DNA of 64,000 nucleotides from an archaeon. Its GTDB lineage: Archaea > Methanobacteriota_B > Thermococci > Methanofastidiosales > NM3. The notes under the pieces were generated by a model. That model was not told the DNA's origin. It worked only from the letters and a program-made list of their open reading frames with translations, and did not search any database. The position numbers and the translations under genes were made by a program. Positions 9,841 to 19,411 of the stretch are shown here, one piece after another. The stretch's first letter is position 1; each line of letters begins with the position of its first letter. The stretch covers positions 32,812 through 96,811 of the forward strand of contig RXIG01000028.1 of NCBI GenBank assembly GCA_004212155.1, read 5' to 3'.

Positions 9841-11598
9841 TTATGTTTCCTCTTTCGAGTTGTTTGCTTCCCGTTTTTTCTGCATGCAGACTATCCCGGT
9901 GTTCTTCTCTCCATCGACATATACTTTGAATCCTTTGGGGTATGTTATCAGCTTTATGAGGTCAGAATTGAATCTGTTCGGCTGTTCATCAAAAAACTCC
10001 CGGTTGAGCTTTCCTCCCTTTTCCATGAAGACAGGGATGTAGAGCGTCTTGAGCGACATGAGGTCGCCAAAGAAGTGAGTGCCAAACGACAGTTCGGGGT
10101 CTGTGCCGCATGTTGACACCTCTACGATGACCGTAGCGTTCGATATCTCGCTGTACGTTACTGGAACACCCAGTTCTGGAGTGGATGTTCCCCAGCGTCC
10201 CGGGCCGACCAGTATGTATCGTTCGTTCTGGAGGATTTCGTTGACCTTGCCTATCTCGCGAGCTATGGCATACGACGTCTGTGCGTTGAAGTTCTCCGGG
10301 GGGACATAGACGATGTGTGGAATGTTGTAACGGAATCCGTTGCCTAGCACGTTCTTGCTCCTGATGATGATGTCGTCCTTAGGCAATCGCGGTATCCTTA
10401 CCTTGCGGTACTCGGGGCGACTGCCAAGGGGCCTGGCCTGGACGAGGTAGAACGTGCCGTTGAGATTGTCATCGAAGTCCATGGCGAACTCGATGTCGAT
10501 GGCGATGCCAAAGAGGCGTTCAAGGCTTGAGAGTATCTCGTCGATAACGGGGATGAACGGGTAGTACTTGCTAGTGGAAAGGATCCGTTCGAACGTCGGC
10601 ACGATCTTCTCGTCAGTGCCTATATGCGGCTGTGTCGGCACGAAGTATTGATTTTCCTTGAGGGTCGAGCAGGTGATGTAGAGATTCTTTGCACTCTTTT
10701 TTACCTCGTCCAGGTCGAGTGTCTGGAATTCGCCCGTCGCAAGGTCGAGCACATCTATCTTGGTCTGGGAGTATCGGACGATCTCATTGACGATCGAACC
10801 TTCTGGACGAAGCTTGGGGTTTGAAAGTGAGAAGACGCGAGCGTAGTTGCGTCCGACGGCACGGGTGCCAAGGCCGGCGACGAGCCTGCCGATGCCGTCC
10901 TCCATCTTGACGCGTTTGCTCCATGGATAGTAGTTTTTCGAGAACGCGACGCCAGCAATGAGGGGGAAGTAGAGATCGTCGCTGTGCTTGCGCCCCACAA
11001 CATTTTGCACGACGATGCACATCTTCTCTTTTTGCCATGGGATCTTATGTTTTTTTCTGTATTCCTTGGCATTCTCGTTGAACGTGGATGCGTAAACGCT
11101 TTTGACGGCATCTTCGATCGATTTGATACGGTATTCGAGCGTGCCGCTGTTAGGAATGAATATGGACTCGTAGATGCCTGCGAACGAGTACTTGAGACTG
11201 TCCTCGAGTAGTGACGACGACCGGATGATGAGCGGTCCATTTTCCTTCTCGAGAATGTCATAGAGCACTGTCTGGAGATCCTCTGGCATGTTCGCCTCAA
11301 GGAACTTCTGATTCATCTCCTTGACGCTCAGGATCCTTCTGCATTTGTCATTGACGATGTCGCTGAGGTAGTTCATGTCGATGAACGAATCATAGAACTC
11401 CGAAGTGATAATGTACGAACGTGGGAAATGTACATATGATGCATACGATCCTTTTATCGTGGCCTCTTGGTAAGCCTTCATAGAGAATATTATTCCTTTT
11501 GCTTTGCCACCAACATGGCCGTTGCCGTATATGGTGACATCATCGGGAAGTTCGTCGGGATCTACGCGATATGTCACAAACGCAGGGTCTTGGGTCAT
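9841..11598 (-). CDS. PEP/pyruvate-binding (PPDK N-terminal, ATP-grasp) domain protein without a phospho-His domain
   Basis: VGGKAKG, IRSSSLLED..FAGIYES, GLGTRAV, DIEFA, LVQARP, GPGRWG, SFGTHFF. Confidence 0.85.
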   Translation of the reverse strand: MTQDPAFVTYRVDPDELPDDVTIYGNGHVGGKAKGIIFSMKAYQEATIKGSYASYVHFPRSYIITSEFYDSFIDMNYLSDIVNDKCRRILSVKEMNQKFLEANMPEDLQTVLYDILEKENGPLIIRSSSLLEDSLKYSFAGIYESIFIPNSGTLEYRIKSIEDAVKSVYASTFNENAKEYRKKHKIPWQKEKMCIVVQNVVGRKHSDDLYFPLIAGVAFSKNYYPWSKRVKMEDGIGRLVAGLGTRAVGRNYARVFSLSNPKLRPEGSIVNEIVRYSQTKIDVLDLATGEFQTLDLDEVKKSAKNLYITCSTLKENQYFVPTQPHIGTDEKIVPTFERILSTSKYYPFIPVIDEILSSLERLFGIAIDIEFAMDFDDNLNGTFYLVQARPLGSRPEYRKVRIPRLPKDDIIIRSKNVLGNGFRYNIPHIVYVPPENFNAQTSYAIAREIGKVNEILQNERYILVGPGRWGTSTPELGVPVTYSEISNATVIVEVSTCGTDPELSFGTHFFGDLMSLKTLYIPVFMEKGGKLNREFFDEQPNRFNSDLIKLITYPKGFKVYVDGEKNTGIVCMQKKREANNSKEET

Positions 11599-11799
11599 TG
11601 AGAATCCTTTGTGGCGATAGTATTAATATATTTTGCATTTTTGGAACAAAGCGTCATCGATTCAAAAGATACCATCCTGTGAAGAAAGCGATATTGCGGC
11701 GCCCATCGCGGTGTGACGCTAGGTCGAACGGCCCCCTTGGCTACAAAACATTTTTTAAGCGATGTCCGCTGTATCTAGATACTCACTCAACTTTGTTGT

Positions 11800-11877
11800 G
11801 GGACCGTGGGGTAGCTTGGTCCATCCTTTGGGGTTCGGGGCCTCAAGTCTCGCGTTCAAATCGCGACGGTCCCACCA
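11800..11877 (+). tRNA. tRNA-Pro(CGG), CCA encoded
   Basis: GGGACCG/CGGTCCC acceptor stem, TGGGG-TTCGGGG-CCTCA anticodon arm, TTCAAAT. Confidence 0.95.
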
Positions 11878-11887
11878 GCTTCGTTTC

Positions 11888-12658
11888 TCATCTGAAGATG
11901 GTGATGCAGTACGTCTCGCCGCTGATATCCAGTATATGCGTTTGCGCATCAAGCGTGAGGACCGTTCCATCCTTGGTCGTGAGCTTTATCGGATGAGCTG
12001 CATATCCTTTCGAGGTCGCCTCCTTGATGCTCTTATAGAGCATGGCCTTGTCCTCTGGAGGCATGAGCGATGCGGGGGTAATTCTCTCGAGCTCTTCCCT
12101 CACGTACTGGAGGAGGTTGCAAAACGCATCATTGAGGAACAAGAAACGTTCTGGAAGCGCATCGGCTGAAACGTGACAGATCATGATCGGTTCGACCGCG
12201 TTGTTAAAAAGGTCTGTGTAGCGCTTTTGCTCCTGCATGAGCCACTCGCTCTGCTTTAGGTTATAGAACTCCGATAACCTATTTGCTATCTCTATGAGGA
12301 GGTTTCGCTCCTCGAGGAGGAAGGGCCCGTCGTCAGCCTCGGGGCGTTTGGCGAGATAGTGAACCTCGACACACCCTATCGGTTCGCCCTGGTAGAAGAT
12401 CTTCTCCTTCTGGCTCCATCTTCCCTCCCTGAAACGGGGAGATGTCACTGATGTCGGCCCTATGGTGATCCTGGAGCAGCATATCTCGGAATATTGCCAT
12501 CCAGGGGGAATGATCTCCGCTATCTTGCTGAGTTGTTGCTCGAAAGGGATGTTTTTCTTGGTCATGACCTTTGATATCTTGTAGAGTGTATTGAGCTCCT
12601 TTACCCGCTCCCTCAGTTTTTTCGTGATATCGTTGGTCTCATCCGTTTTTTCTGACAT
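11888..12658 (-). CDS. GAF-like plus PAS sensor protein with no output domain
   Basis: LRERVKELNTLY..IPPGWQY..GPFLLEER GAF-like module, then PAS (LFNNAVE..NDAFCNLLQY..KDG). Confidence 0.75.
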   Translation of the reverse strand: MSEKTDETNDITKKLRERVKELNTLYKISKVMTKKNIPFEQQLSKIAEIIPPGWQYSEICCSRITIGPTSVTSPRFREGRWSQKEKIFYQGEPIGCVEVHYLAKRPEADDGPFLLEERNLLIEIANRLSEFYNLKQSEWLMQEQKRYTDLFNNAVEPIMICHVSADALPERFLFLNDAFCNLLQYVREELERITPASLMPPEDKAMLYKSIKEATSKGYAAHPIKLTTKDGTVLTLDAQTHILDISGETYCITIFR

Positions 12659-12820
12659 GTTCGACCACATTCTATGGATGCTATCTCCTATGGACCATAA
12701 CGTCCCGCTTGCTACCCCACTACATCCATGGATTATATAAATGATGGGATGGTTCGGAGGCAGATATACGGGTATATGCATCCTGGCCGCACCATAAAAA
12801 CATTTGCGTATGAATCCGCT

Positions 12821-13228
12821 TCATTCCTCTTTCGCCCCCATCTCTCCCCTGCGCTGCTCATACACCGATTTGCAGTAGTTGTAGAATGCGCAGTCCTTGC
12901 ATATCAGCTCGAGTACGGAGGGCGTCACAACCTCGTCTATGACCGAGTAGATCTCTGTCGTTGAATAGGTCCGTTCGCACATGAGCCCTGTTGCTCGCAA
13001 CACCTTCGCATCGAGCAGTTTCGTGAAGAGGAGCTTGGGGCACGTTTCACGGTGCGGGCAGTGCGTGCAGATGTCGTCTTCCCCGCAGATGAGGCGTATG
13101 CGTACGTTGTCATCGTCGATCTTTTTCTTGATCTCCTTGAACGCCTCTACGAAGTGATGGCTGTATCCTAGTCCGTAGAACGTACAGATGCACAATAAGT
13201 GGTGTGGCCTCAGATTGATCGTTTCCAT
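12821..13228 (-). CDS. DUF1284 family Cys-rich protein
   Basis: LRPHHLLC..GYS, DDICTHCP, CKDC..C. Confidence 0.85.
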   Translation of the reverse strand: METINLRPHHLLCICTFYGLGYSHHFVEAFKEIKKKIDDDNVRIRLICGEDDICTHCPHRETCPKLLFTKLLDAKVLRATGLMCERTYSTTEIYSVIDEVVTPSVLELICKDCAFYNYCKSVYEQRRGEMGAKEE

Positions 13229-13389
13229 GGGGCACCATTCCCTGAGAATTGGCATTTCTACCTCAAGACCAAACAATATAAATATTCTTGAGGAAGCGTG
13301 AATCTATTCCTTTTATGGGGTTGTGCTCAAGGATATTTGATATAAAGATTTTTAAATAGTCGGCCATCAAGTGACTACAAGGTGAGAAC

Positions 13390-13803
13390 ATGTCGGGATA
13401 TGATTACGAGAAACTCCTCGATGACGCACGGGACTCGCTCCCCCAGAACCTCTTCGAGGGAAGCAGATTTGAGATGCCTAAGATTAAGGCGTTTGTCGTG
13501 GGAAATAAGACGATAATCAAGAACTTCAGAGAGATCGTCAATACCTTGCGCAGGGATGAGAATCACATCATGAAGTTCCTCTTGGGTGAGATGGCAACAT
13601 CTGGTAACATCGAGGGCTCACAAGCCGTCTTCCAGGGTAAGTTCACCCAGTCGTTCATACAGGACAAGCTTCAAAAGTACGCTGACAACTTTGTTCTATG
13701 CATGGAATGCAAGAAACCGGACACGACGATAGTGAAGGAAGGGAGGATCTACTTCCTGCGCTGCGAGGCATGTGGCGCAAAGCATCCTCTCAGGAACTAC
13801 TAG
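13390..13803 (+). CDS. eif2b: Translation initiation factor aIF-2 beta
   Basis: YEKLLD..RFEMP..GNKTIIKNF, CMECKKPDT, CEACGA. Confidence 0.95.
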   Translation: MSGYDYEKLLDDARDSLPQNLFEGSRFEMPKIKAFVVGNKTIIKNFREIVNTLRRDENHIMKFLLGEMATSGNIEGSQAVFQGKFTQSFIQDKLQKYADNFVLCMECKKPDTTIVKEGRIYFLRCEACGAKHPLRNY

Positions 13804-13810
13804 TGGTGTG

Positions 13811-14107
13811 ATGAACGTTTACGTGAAGGTCCATAAGGCATGCAACGACGTGCTCGTTGCCATGTGCGATACGGACGTGCTCGGCAAGGAATTTCGAGAG
13901 GGGGAGCTCCATATCACCCCTTCTCCCTCTTTCTACAAGGGAAAGCTCATACCGATAGAGGAGTGTGAACGCTATTTTGCCGCCGCATCCATACTCAATC
14001 TTGTCGGAACGAACGTAGTGGAACGCGCCATATCAGCAGGATATATCGATCGGGAGCATGTGCTTACCATTGGCGGGACCGTGCATGCACAGATGGTGGT
14101 CGTCTAG
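13811..14107 (+). CDS. DUF424 family protein
   Basis: LVAMCD..LGKEFREG, FYKG, NLVG, HAQ. Confidence 0.88.
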   Translation: MNVYVKVHKACNDVLVAMCDTDVLGKEFREGELHITPSPSFYKGKLIPIEECERYFAAASILNLVGTNVVERAISAGYIDREHVLTIGGTVHAQMVVV

Positions 14108-14109
14108 CG

Positions 14110-15186
14110 ATGTTTTGCTACAAGTGCGGAAAGGAAGCGCGGCTTGTCGACGGATTGTGCAGGGAGTGCTACGTGAAGGAGCACTCGCTCATAACGCTTG
14201 AGACGCACTATCCTGTAGTCATATGCAAGTATTGCGACACGTACCTCTACGATGTGTGGCGCCAGTTCTCATATATAGAGGACATCATCGACACGATCCT
14301 GGACAAGGCGGCGGGAAAGCGGCGCATACGTGCGGTCGACGATTTCGGTCCCCCCTCCTACGACCCGCTCCAGGTTCGCTACAAGGTAATCCCCGAAAAA
14401 GAAACATTTGTCGTCGAATGCGAGGTCTATGGCCGTGACGATCCCTTTAGCGATGTTGCGATCACCGAGGACCATGTATTTGTCGTGGAGCCGAAGTACA
14501 CAGTATGCCCCCGGTGCTCGAAGAAGTATGGCGGCTACTACGAGGCGATATTCCAGGTTCGCAGGGAGGGCAGGCCCCTAACTGCCGATGAGGCGCAGTA
14601 CTTCATCGACGAGGTCTCCTCGCTGTCCGATGCCGAGCTCGAAAAGAACGAGATGGCGTTCATAGCAAAGGTCCAGACGCGAAAGGAGGGTGTAGACTTC
14701 CAGATGGGATCGCTCAAGTTCACAAAGAAACTTGCCCGGACCCTCCTGTCGCGCTACGGCGGCTCGATAGGGGAATCGCACCGGCTCGTGGGGTTTGACA
14801 GGCAAGAGGGCAAGGAGCGACATCGCACCACGATCGTCTATCGGCTCTCCAAGTTCGAACCTGGGCAGTACGTGTTTTACAAGGGCTCGCTGTGGAAGGT
14901 GGCAAATGCAGTGGACAAGCTTTCACTGGAAACCTTCGATGACGCGGCCACAATCGACTTCAAGAAGGTCGAGAAGGAGGCCAGTGAGGGACAGCTGGAG
15001 ATAGTAGGGTCAGAATTCTTACGTAAGGGCCTCATAGCATCGTTCAATGACGGTGCCGAGGTGCTCGCTCTCGACACGTATGAAACGTACGAGCTCGAGG
15101 CAGCCAGCGTGCCCAAGGGGCTTACCCAGGGCGACCAGGTGCTCTTTCTCATCAAGGACAGCAGATGTCACGTCGTCAACCCGTAG
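14110..15186 (+). CDS. NMD3-related ribosome biogenesis protein
   Basis: CYKCG..LCREC, CKYC, CPRCSK..GYYEAIFQVR, GVDF. Confidence 0.9.
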   Translation: MFCYKCGKEARLVDGLCRECYVKEHSLITLETHYPVVICKYCDTYLYDVWRQFSYIEDIIDTILDKAAGKRRIRAVDDFGPPSYDPLQVRYKVIPEKETFVVECEVYGRDDPFSDVAITEDHVFVVEPKYTVCPRCSKKYGGYYEAIFQVRREGRPLTADEAQYFIDEVSSLSDAELEKNEMAFIAKVQTRKEGVDFQMGSLKFTKKLARTLLSRYGGSIGESHRLVGFDRQEGKERHRTTIVYRLSKFEPGQYVFYKGSLWKVANAVDKLSLETFDDAATIDFKKVEKEASEGQLEIVGSEFLRKGLIASFNDGAEVLALDTYETYELEAASVPKGLTQGDQVLFLIKDSRCHVVNP

Positions 15187-16535
15187 GTTATTCGCACGTG
15201 CAGGACACCGTCTTTCCATAACGGTGTTGCATTGACGGGTACGAGCTGCGAGTCAATCAAATACCGCACAAACGTCACTTCCTTCGCTGGAAGGCGCATC
15301 TTCCCCTTTATGACGTTGTTTGGGATACGAAACTCTGCGTAGAGCTCCCCCCCATACGATGTGATGTCACATACCGTACGTTGGCTGATGTGCTTTGTCT
15401 CGTAGCGCTTGAGCGAGACACCGGCGACAAGCTCGGATGGAGGTGCCTCGAACGGCAGCATGGCGTACAATTTCCCGATCGTTGCCTCATCGACGCCGGA
15501 GAGGTACGCAACCTCGTCGAACTTGCCGTCCCAGAACTGGTCTATCCCCGAACGATAGATGGCATCAGCCGTAACGGCGTCGACCGTCTGCGAGGCGCGC
15601 GCCACGAAAAAGGCTCTGTCGATCATGGAATCAATACGCTGGTCCTTAGGAGTGACGTTCTTTTTCGTGTAGTTGTCGATGAGCTGGGCAACTTCTTTCC
15701 GTGATACCTTGTTCTCGAGGCAGGAGATGGCAAGATTGGTAAGCACATGCTGGTAACCGGCACGCCTCAATGGGTAATGGAGCATCTCCTCGTCCTTGTA
15801 GGGTCGCCCCATTGCGATCTCCTCCGCGGCAGCCACATTGATGTTGGCGATCTTGAGAAGCTTTGAGACCGAGTATGTGTTGACCACATGGAGCAGCGTG
15901 TCCATGTCGCGCTTCAGTGGGATGTTGCCCTCCTTGAGCTCGCGTTCTATTACATCTTGGGATTCCTTGGGAAGCAGGTGCCTGACCGGGGCGGTAAGCC
16001 GCCCTGTCTCCAGGATGGCGCGCCGGATATAGCGTCCGGAGACGGTCTCGTTGTCTATTTTGTACGTAGGGGTGATGTGGTATCCCATGCGCTTCTTGTG
16101 AGTGATGGCATGAAGCTCGTTGGCGGCCACCCATCGTATGAGATTCCTATCCTCCCACGATCGCGGAATGCCCATGAGCATGCCCCGTTCGGCAAACCAT
16201 CGAGAGACCTCCATGATCCGATCATGCGTCATCTTCGAGGCGGCGGCATCGACGATGTCGGTCATGCCGTCACGCGCCATCATGTCTATTCGTATGGGGA
16301 CGGTGTATGAGAGCGGAAGGCGGTAATGGAGCCCGCGAACGGGGATCGCCTCCACCCCGAGCGCCTCGCAAATCTCCCGTCTGGCCTCAAACGTCAAAAA
16401 TGGTGGCGTATGGTGCGCCGTATAATCCTCGTTGATGTAGGCAAAGACATCGCCTACCTTCTTTCCCTCCTTGATGAGGTGTATGTGTCCTTTGTGCACC
16501 GGATCGAAATCGACGCCCATTCCCACTTTATGCAT
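15168..16535 (-). CDS. HIGH-superfamily nucleotidyltransferase (cytidyltransferase-like) with HhH-like segments
   Basis: DFDPVHKGH, GLHYRL..YTVPIRI, VSGRYIR. Confidence 0.8.
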   Translation of the reverse strand: MHKVGMGVDFDPVHKGHIHLIKEGKKVGDVFAYINEDYTAHHTPPFLTFEARREICEALGVEAIPVRGLHYRLPLSYTVPIRIDMMARDGMTDIVDAAASKMTHDRIMEVSRWFAERGMLMGIPRSWEDRNLIRWVAANELHAITHKKRMGYHITPTYKIDNETVSGRYIRRAILETGRLTAPVRHLLPKESQDVIERELKEGNIPLKRDMDTLLHVVNTYSVSKLLKIANINVAAAEEIAMGRPYKDEEMLHYPLRRAGYQHVLTNLAISCLENKVSRKEVAQLIDNYTKKNVTPKDQRIDSMIDRAFFVARASQTVDAVTADAIYRSGIDQFWDGKFDEVAYLSGVDEATIGKLYAMLPFEAPPSELVAGVSLKRYETKHISQRTVCDITSYGGELYAEFRIPNNVIKGKMRLPAKEVTFVRYLIDSQLVPVNATPLWKDGVLHVRITYGLTT

Positions 16536-16603
16536 GTTCCATGGGTTGAGCGCAATATATTTATATAACTTGTGCAAGACGTTGGCATGCTGGATGACAG
16601 CCG

Positions 16604-16755
16604 TGTACCGTATGGGTCCTCCGTTGAGCATGCTTTGCGCAAACGATGAGACGGTAGCCAACCCCGGTACAGGACAGCCCGCCATGAGAGTTATCCGATG
16701 GAGAGAGGATTCCCCGAACGATGAATCTTGGATGTTAGTGTGTCGGGCGACATTA
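16604..16755 (+). ncRNA. Two-hairpin box H/ACA guide RNA (HgcF/Pab35-like)
   Basis: Two hairpins, each with an internal pocket, K-turn-like GA/GATGA elements and an ACA box (16669-71, 16750-52) 14-16 nt below the upper stem. Confidence 0.8.
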
Positions 16756-16780
16756 CTTTCTTTGCCTTTTAGGTGATGCC

Positions 16781-17074
16781 ATGTATTCCAAGGCCATCTC
16801 AGAGACCTGCGACGGTGTGCTTATCGACGTGATGGTAATTCCGAACTCGAAGGAATCGGGGATGGAATGGGACCCGTGGCGCTCCCGCATTCGCGTGAAG
16901 GTGCGCGCAAGACCGACCAAAGGGAAGGCAAACGAGGAAGTTGTCGGAGTTTTTTCGAGTGTAGGGCCTTCTCGTATTATTCGCGGCCATCTCTCCCGTG
17001 AGAAGACCGTGCTCATCGAGGCATCACCGGATGAGATCAAGTCATTTCTTGCATCACATCTCCAAAAATCGTGA
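16781..17074 (+). CDS. DUF167 (YggU-like) protein
   Basis: V.PNS, RVKVRARPTKGKANEE, G..SREK. Confidence 0.88.
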   Translation: MYSKAISETCDGVLIDVMVIPNSKESGMEWDPWRSRIRVKVRARPTKGKANEEVVGVFSSVGPSRIIRGHLSREKTVLIEASPDEIKSFLASHLQKS

Positions 17075-17409
17075 TATCGGGAGCCATGCGCGAGAGAAGA
17101 GGGATCAGAAAGAGCATGCATAACCGTGCTTCTAGTAGAAGTGCTTTGCCTAGTTAGGATTGCGTGATGCAAGGCTTTCAGGCAGTCACAAACATAAAAT
17201 GATTGAAGTTATATTATTTTTATACCAAAAAGTTAATAAATGGTTTAAAGGATAATATGGTTTGTTACGCATAATAACACGTTCATTTATAAAAAATACT
17301 GTCGTAGGACCCCACCATCATCCAACTCATCCTTAATTAATTACCATTATTGGATCCGAAGGATCGCCTAGGTAGAGCTAGTTCTTACGACGTATTGCTG
17401 GAGGTGTTC

Positions 17410-18867
17410 ATTATTAAATCTAATAAGAATTCAGATATAAAATCCAATTCTACTCAAGAAAAGGAAAAGAAAACGGATGTCACACTTAAAAATGAGATAG
17501 GCACCACAAAGTACATCGTACAGGCCACCATAGGTGCATCGGGCATTGTAGAACGCCCTGACGTAGTCGGTGCCATATTCGGCCAGACCGAGGGTCTGCT
17601 TGGCGACGACCTTGACCTGCGGGAACTCCAAAAGACCGGCAGGGTGGGTCGCATACGCGTGAGCATAGCCTCGAAGGGCGGAAAATCCTACGGTACCATC
17701 TCCATACCATCATCGCTTGACAAGATCGAGACTGCCGTGCTTGCGGCGTCGCTTGAGACCATCGACAGGGTAGGCCCCTGCGAGGCCAAGATCGCCGTCA
17801 CGAAAATCGAGGACGTACGGTCGTCCAAGCGTGCGTATGTCGTCGATCGTGCCAAGGAGATCCTCAAGGAGATGATGGACATCGAGGTGCCAGAGACGCA
17901 GGAGCTCACCGAGGAGGTCAAACAGGCCGTGCGGGTGAAACAGATTACCAAGTACGGTCCCGAAAGCCTTCCGGCAGGTCCGAACATAGACGATTCTGAC
18001 GCGATCATCATCTGCGAGGGTCGTGCTGATGTGCTCAATCTATTGAAGTATGGCATCAAGAACGCCATCGCTGTTGAGGGGACATCGATCCCCAAGTCCA
18101 TCGCCAAGCTTTCCAAGGAAAAGACCGTGACCGCGTTCATCGACGGTGACCGTGGCGGCGAGCTGATACTCCGCGAGCTCATGGAGGTCGGCGAGATAGA
18201 CTATCTCGCTCGCGCTCCGCCAGGCAAGGAAGTAGAGGATCTCACCCGAAAGGAAGTCTTCAAGGCGCTGCGAAACAAGGTTACCGCCGAACAGGCGCTC
18301 AACGAGCTGTTCGAGCGCACCGAGATTCCCAGTTCGCTGGTCAAGGAGGAACCCGTAGAGGAATCCCCACAACGACATGCGACCGCCAAGAATCTTCCGC
18401 CGCACCCTAAACCTCAGCCACCACCCGTTCCCACGTCACAGGAATCCTCGAAAGGGAGTAGCAAGAAGGACAAGGAAAAGCCTAAGGAACGCCCTAGGGA
18501 CAAGGAAAAGCCTAAGGAAAAGCCCCAATCCCCCAAGGAATCGCGCGAGCCAGAGGAGCTCGAGCAGTTCAAGGAGGTCATTGACAAGCTTCCCGGCACC
18601 CTTGATGCGTATATCCTCGACAAGGACCGCAACGTCAAGCTGAAGGTCTCGGTACGGGACCTCGTCGATGCGATGCGCTACACCGAGGATGTGGATGCAG
18701 TCGTGTTTGACGGAGTCATCACACAGAGGCTTGTCGATATAGCCGCGGAACGCTCCGTTCGCTATCTTGTTGGCGTGAAGGCTGGAAACATTACGAAGAA
18801 GCCGCTCAATCTGAAGGTGCTCTCGTTCAAGGACGTCATCTCAGACTGGCAATCATCAAACGAGTAG
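17410..18867 (+). CDS. dnaG: Archaeal DnaG primase / exosome-associated protein; start codon uncertain
   Basis: GIVERPDVVGAIFGQTEGLLG, TOPRIM EGRADV and DGDRGG, VFDGVITQRL. Confidence 0.93.
   Translation: MIKSNKNSDIKSNSTQEKEKKTDVTLKNEIGTTKYIVQATIGASGIVERPDVVGAIFGQTEGLLGDDLDLRELQKTGRVGRIRVSIASKGGKSYGTISIPSSLDKIETAVLAASLETIDRVGPCEAKIAVTKIEDVRSSKRAYVVDRAKEILKEMMDIEVPETQELTEEVKQAVRVKQITKYGPESLPAGPNIDDSDAIIICEGRADVLNLLKYGIKNAIAVEGTSIPKSIAKLSKEKTVTAFIDGDRGGELILRELMEVGEIDYLARAPPGKEVEDLTRKEVFKALRNKVTAEQALNELFERTEIPSSLVKEEPVEESPQRHATAKNLPPHPKPQPPPVPTSQESSKGSSKKDKEKPKERPRDKEKPKEKPQSPKESREPEELEQFKEVIDKLPGTLDAYILDKDRNVKLKVSVRDLVDAMRYTEDVDAVVFDGVITQRLVDIAAERSVRYLVGVKAGNITKKPLNLKVLSFKDVISDWQSSNE
18463..18540 (+). 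repeat. K/E/P low-complexity repeat in the DnaG linker
   Basis: GGACAAGGAAAAGCCTAAGGAA occurs twice; encodes KDKEKPKERPRDKEKPKEKP. Confidence 0.7.
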
Positions 18868-18901
18868 GCCACCCGGCCACTCCCTCTTTTTTTATCAACG
18901 A

Positions 18902-19411
18902 TCAGTAGTCAACACCCGCACGCGCAGGTATCCCTTCCGCATAGGGGTGCGACACCATAACGAACTTCGTGGCATAGTGGCACCGTTCGAGTATCCGCTC
19001 AGGTCCCGGCCTCCCCGTCATGATCAGTTCTGTATCCTCTTTTTTCCCATCGATGAGAGACAGCACATCGTCAACGCCGATGAGTCCGATTCCAACGGCA
19101 TTGAGGATCTCGTCTGCAACGACCATGTCTGCATGCCGCGATGCCTTCCTGCACATGTCCAATCCCCAGGATGCAAGCTCGTATTCCTCCTCGACCGGTT
19201 CCCTGTCAAATATGAATCCAAGCGTCCCCGTGCAATGATACGTGAATCCGGTGAATCGCTTAAGCATCATTATCTCGGATGAAGTGCCGTCCTTGAGGAA
19301 TTGTATGAACGATACGCTGTTTTCATTCCCGAGGGACCGCAGGGATAATCCCACTGCCCTGCTCGTCTTGCCGACACCTTTTCCAAAGTACGCGTGCACC
19401 AATCCGTTCAT
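18902..19411 (-). CDS. cobO: Cob(I)alamin adenosyltransferase, CobO/BtuR type
   Basis: GKGVGKT..A.G, QFLK, DEI, MTGR, HPY..G..ARAGVDY. Confidence 0.9.
   Translation of the reverse strand: MNGLVHAYFGKGVGKTSRAVGLSLRSLGNENSVSFIQFLKDGTSSEIMMLKRFTGFTYHCTGTLGFIFDREPVEEEYELASWGLDMCRKASRHADMVVADEILNAVGIGLIGVDDVLSLIDGKKEDTELIMTGRPGPERILERCHYATKFVMVSHPYAEGIPARAGVDY

Noticed and set aside
11600-11790. Hairpin upstream of tRNA-Pro
   Set aside because: Mostly G-U pairs, consistent with chance
17075-17195. Short palindromes after the DUF167 gene (similar ones at 27860-27920)
   Set aside because: Stems of 5-7 bp with no coherent motif; too weak to call
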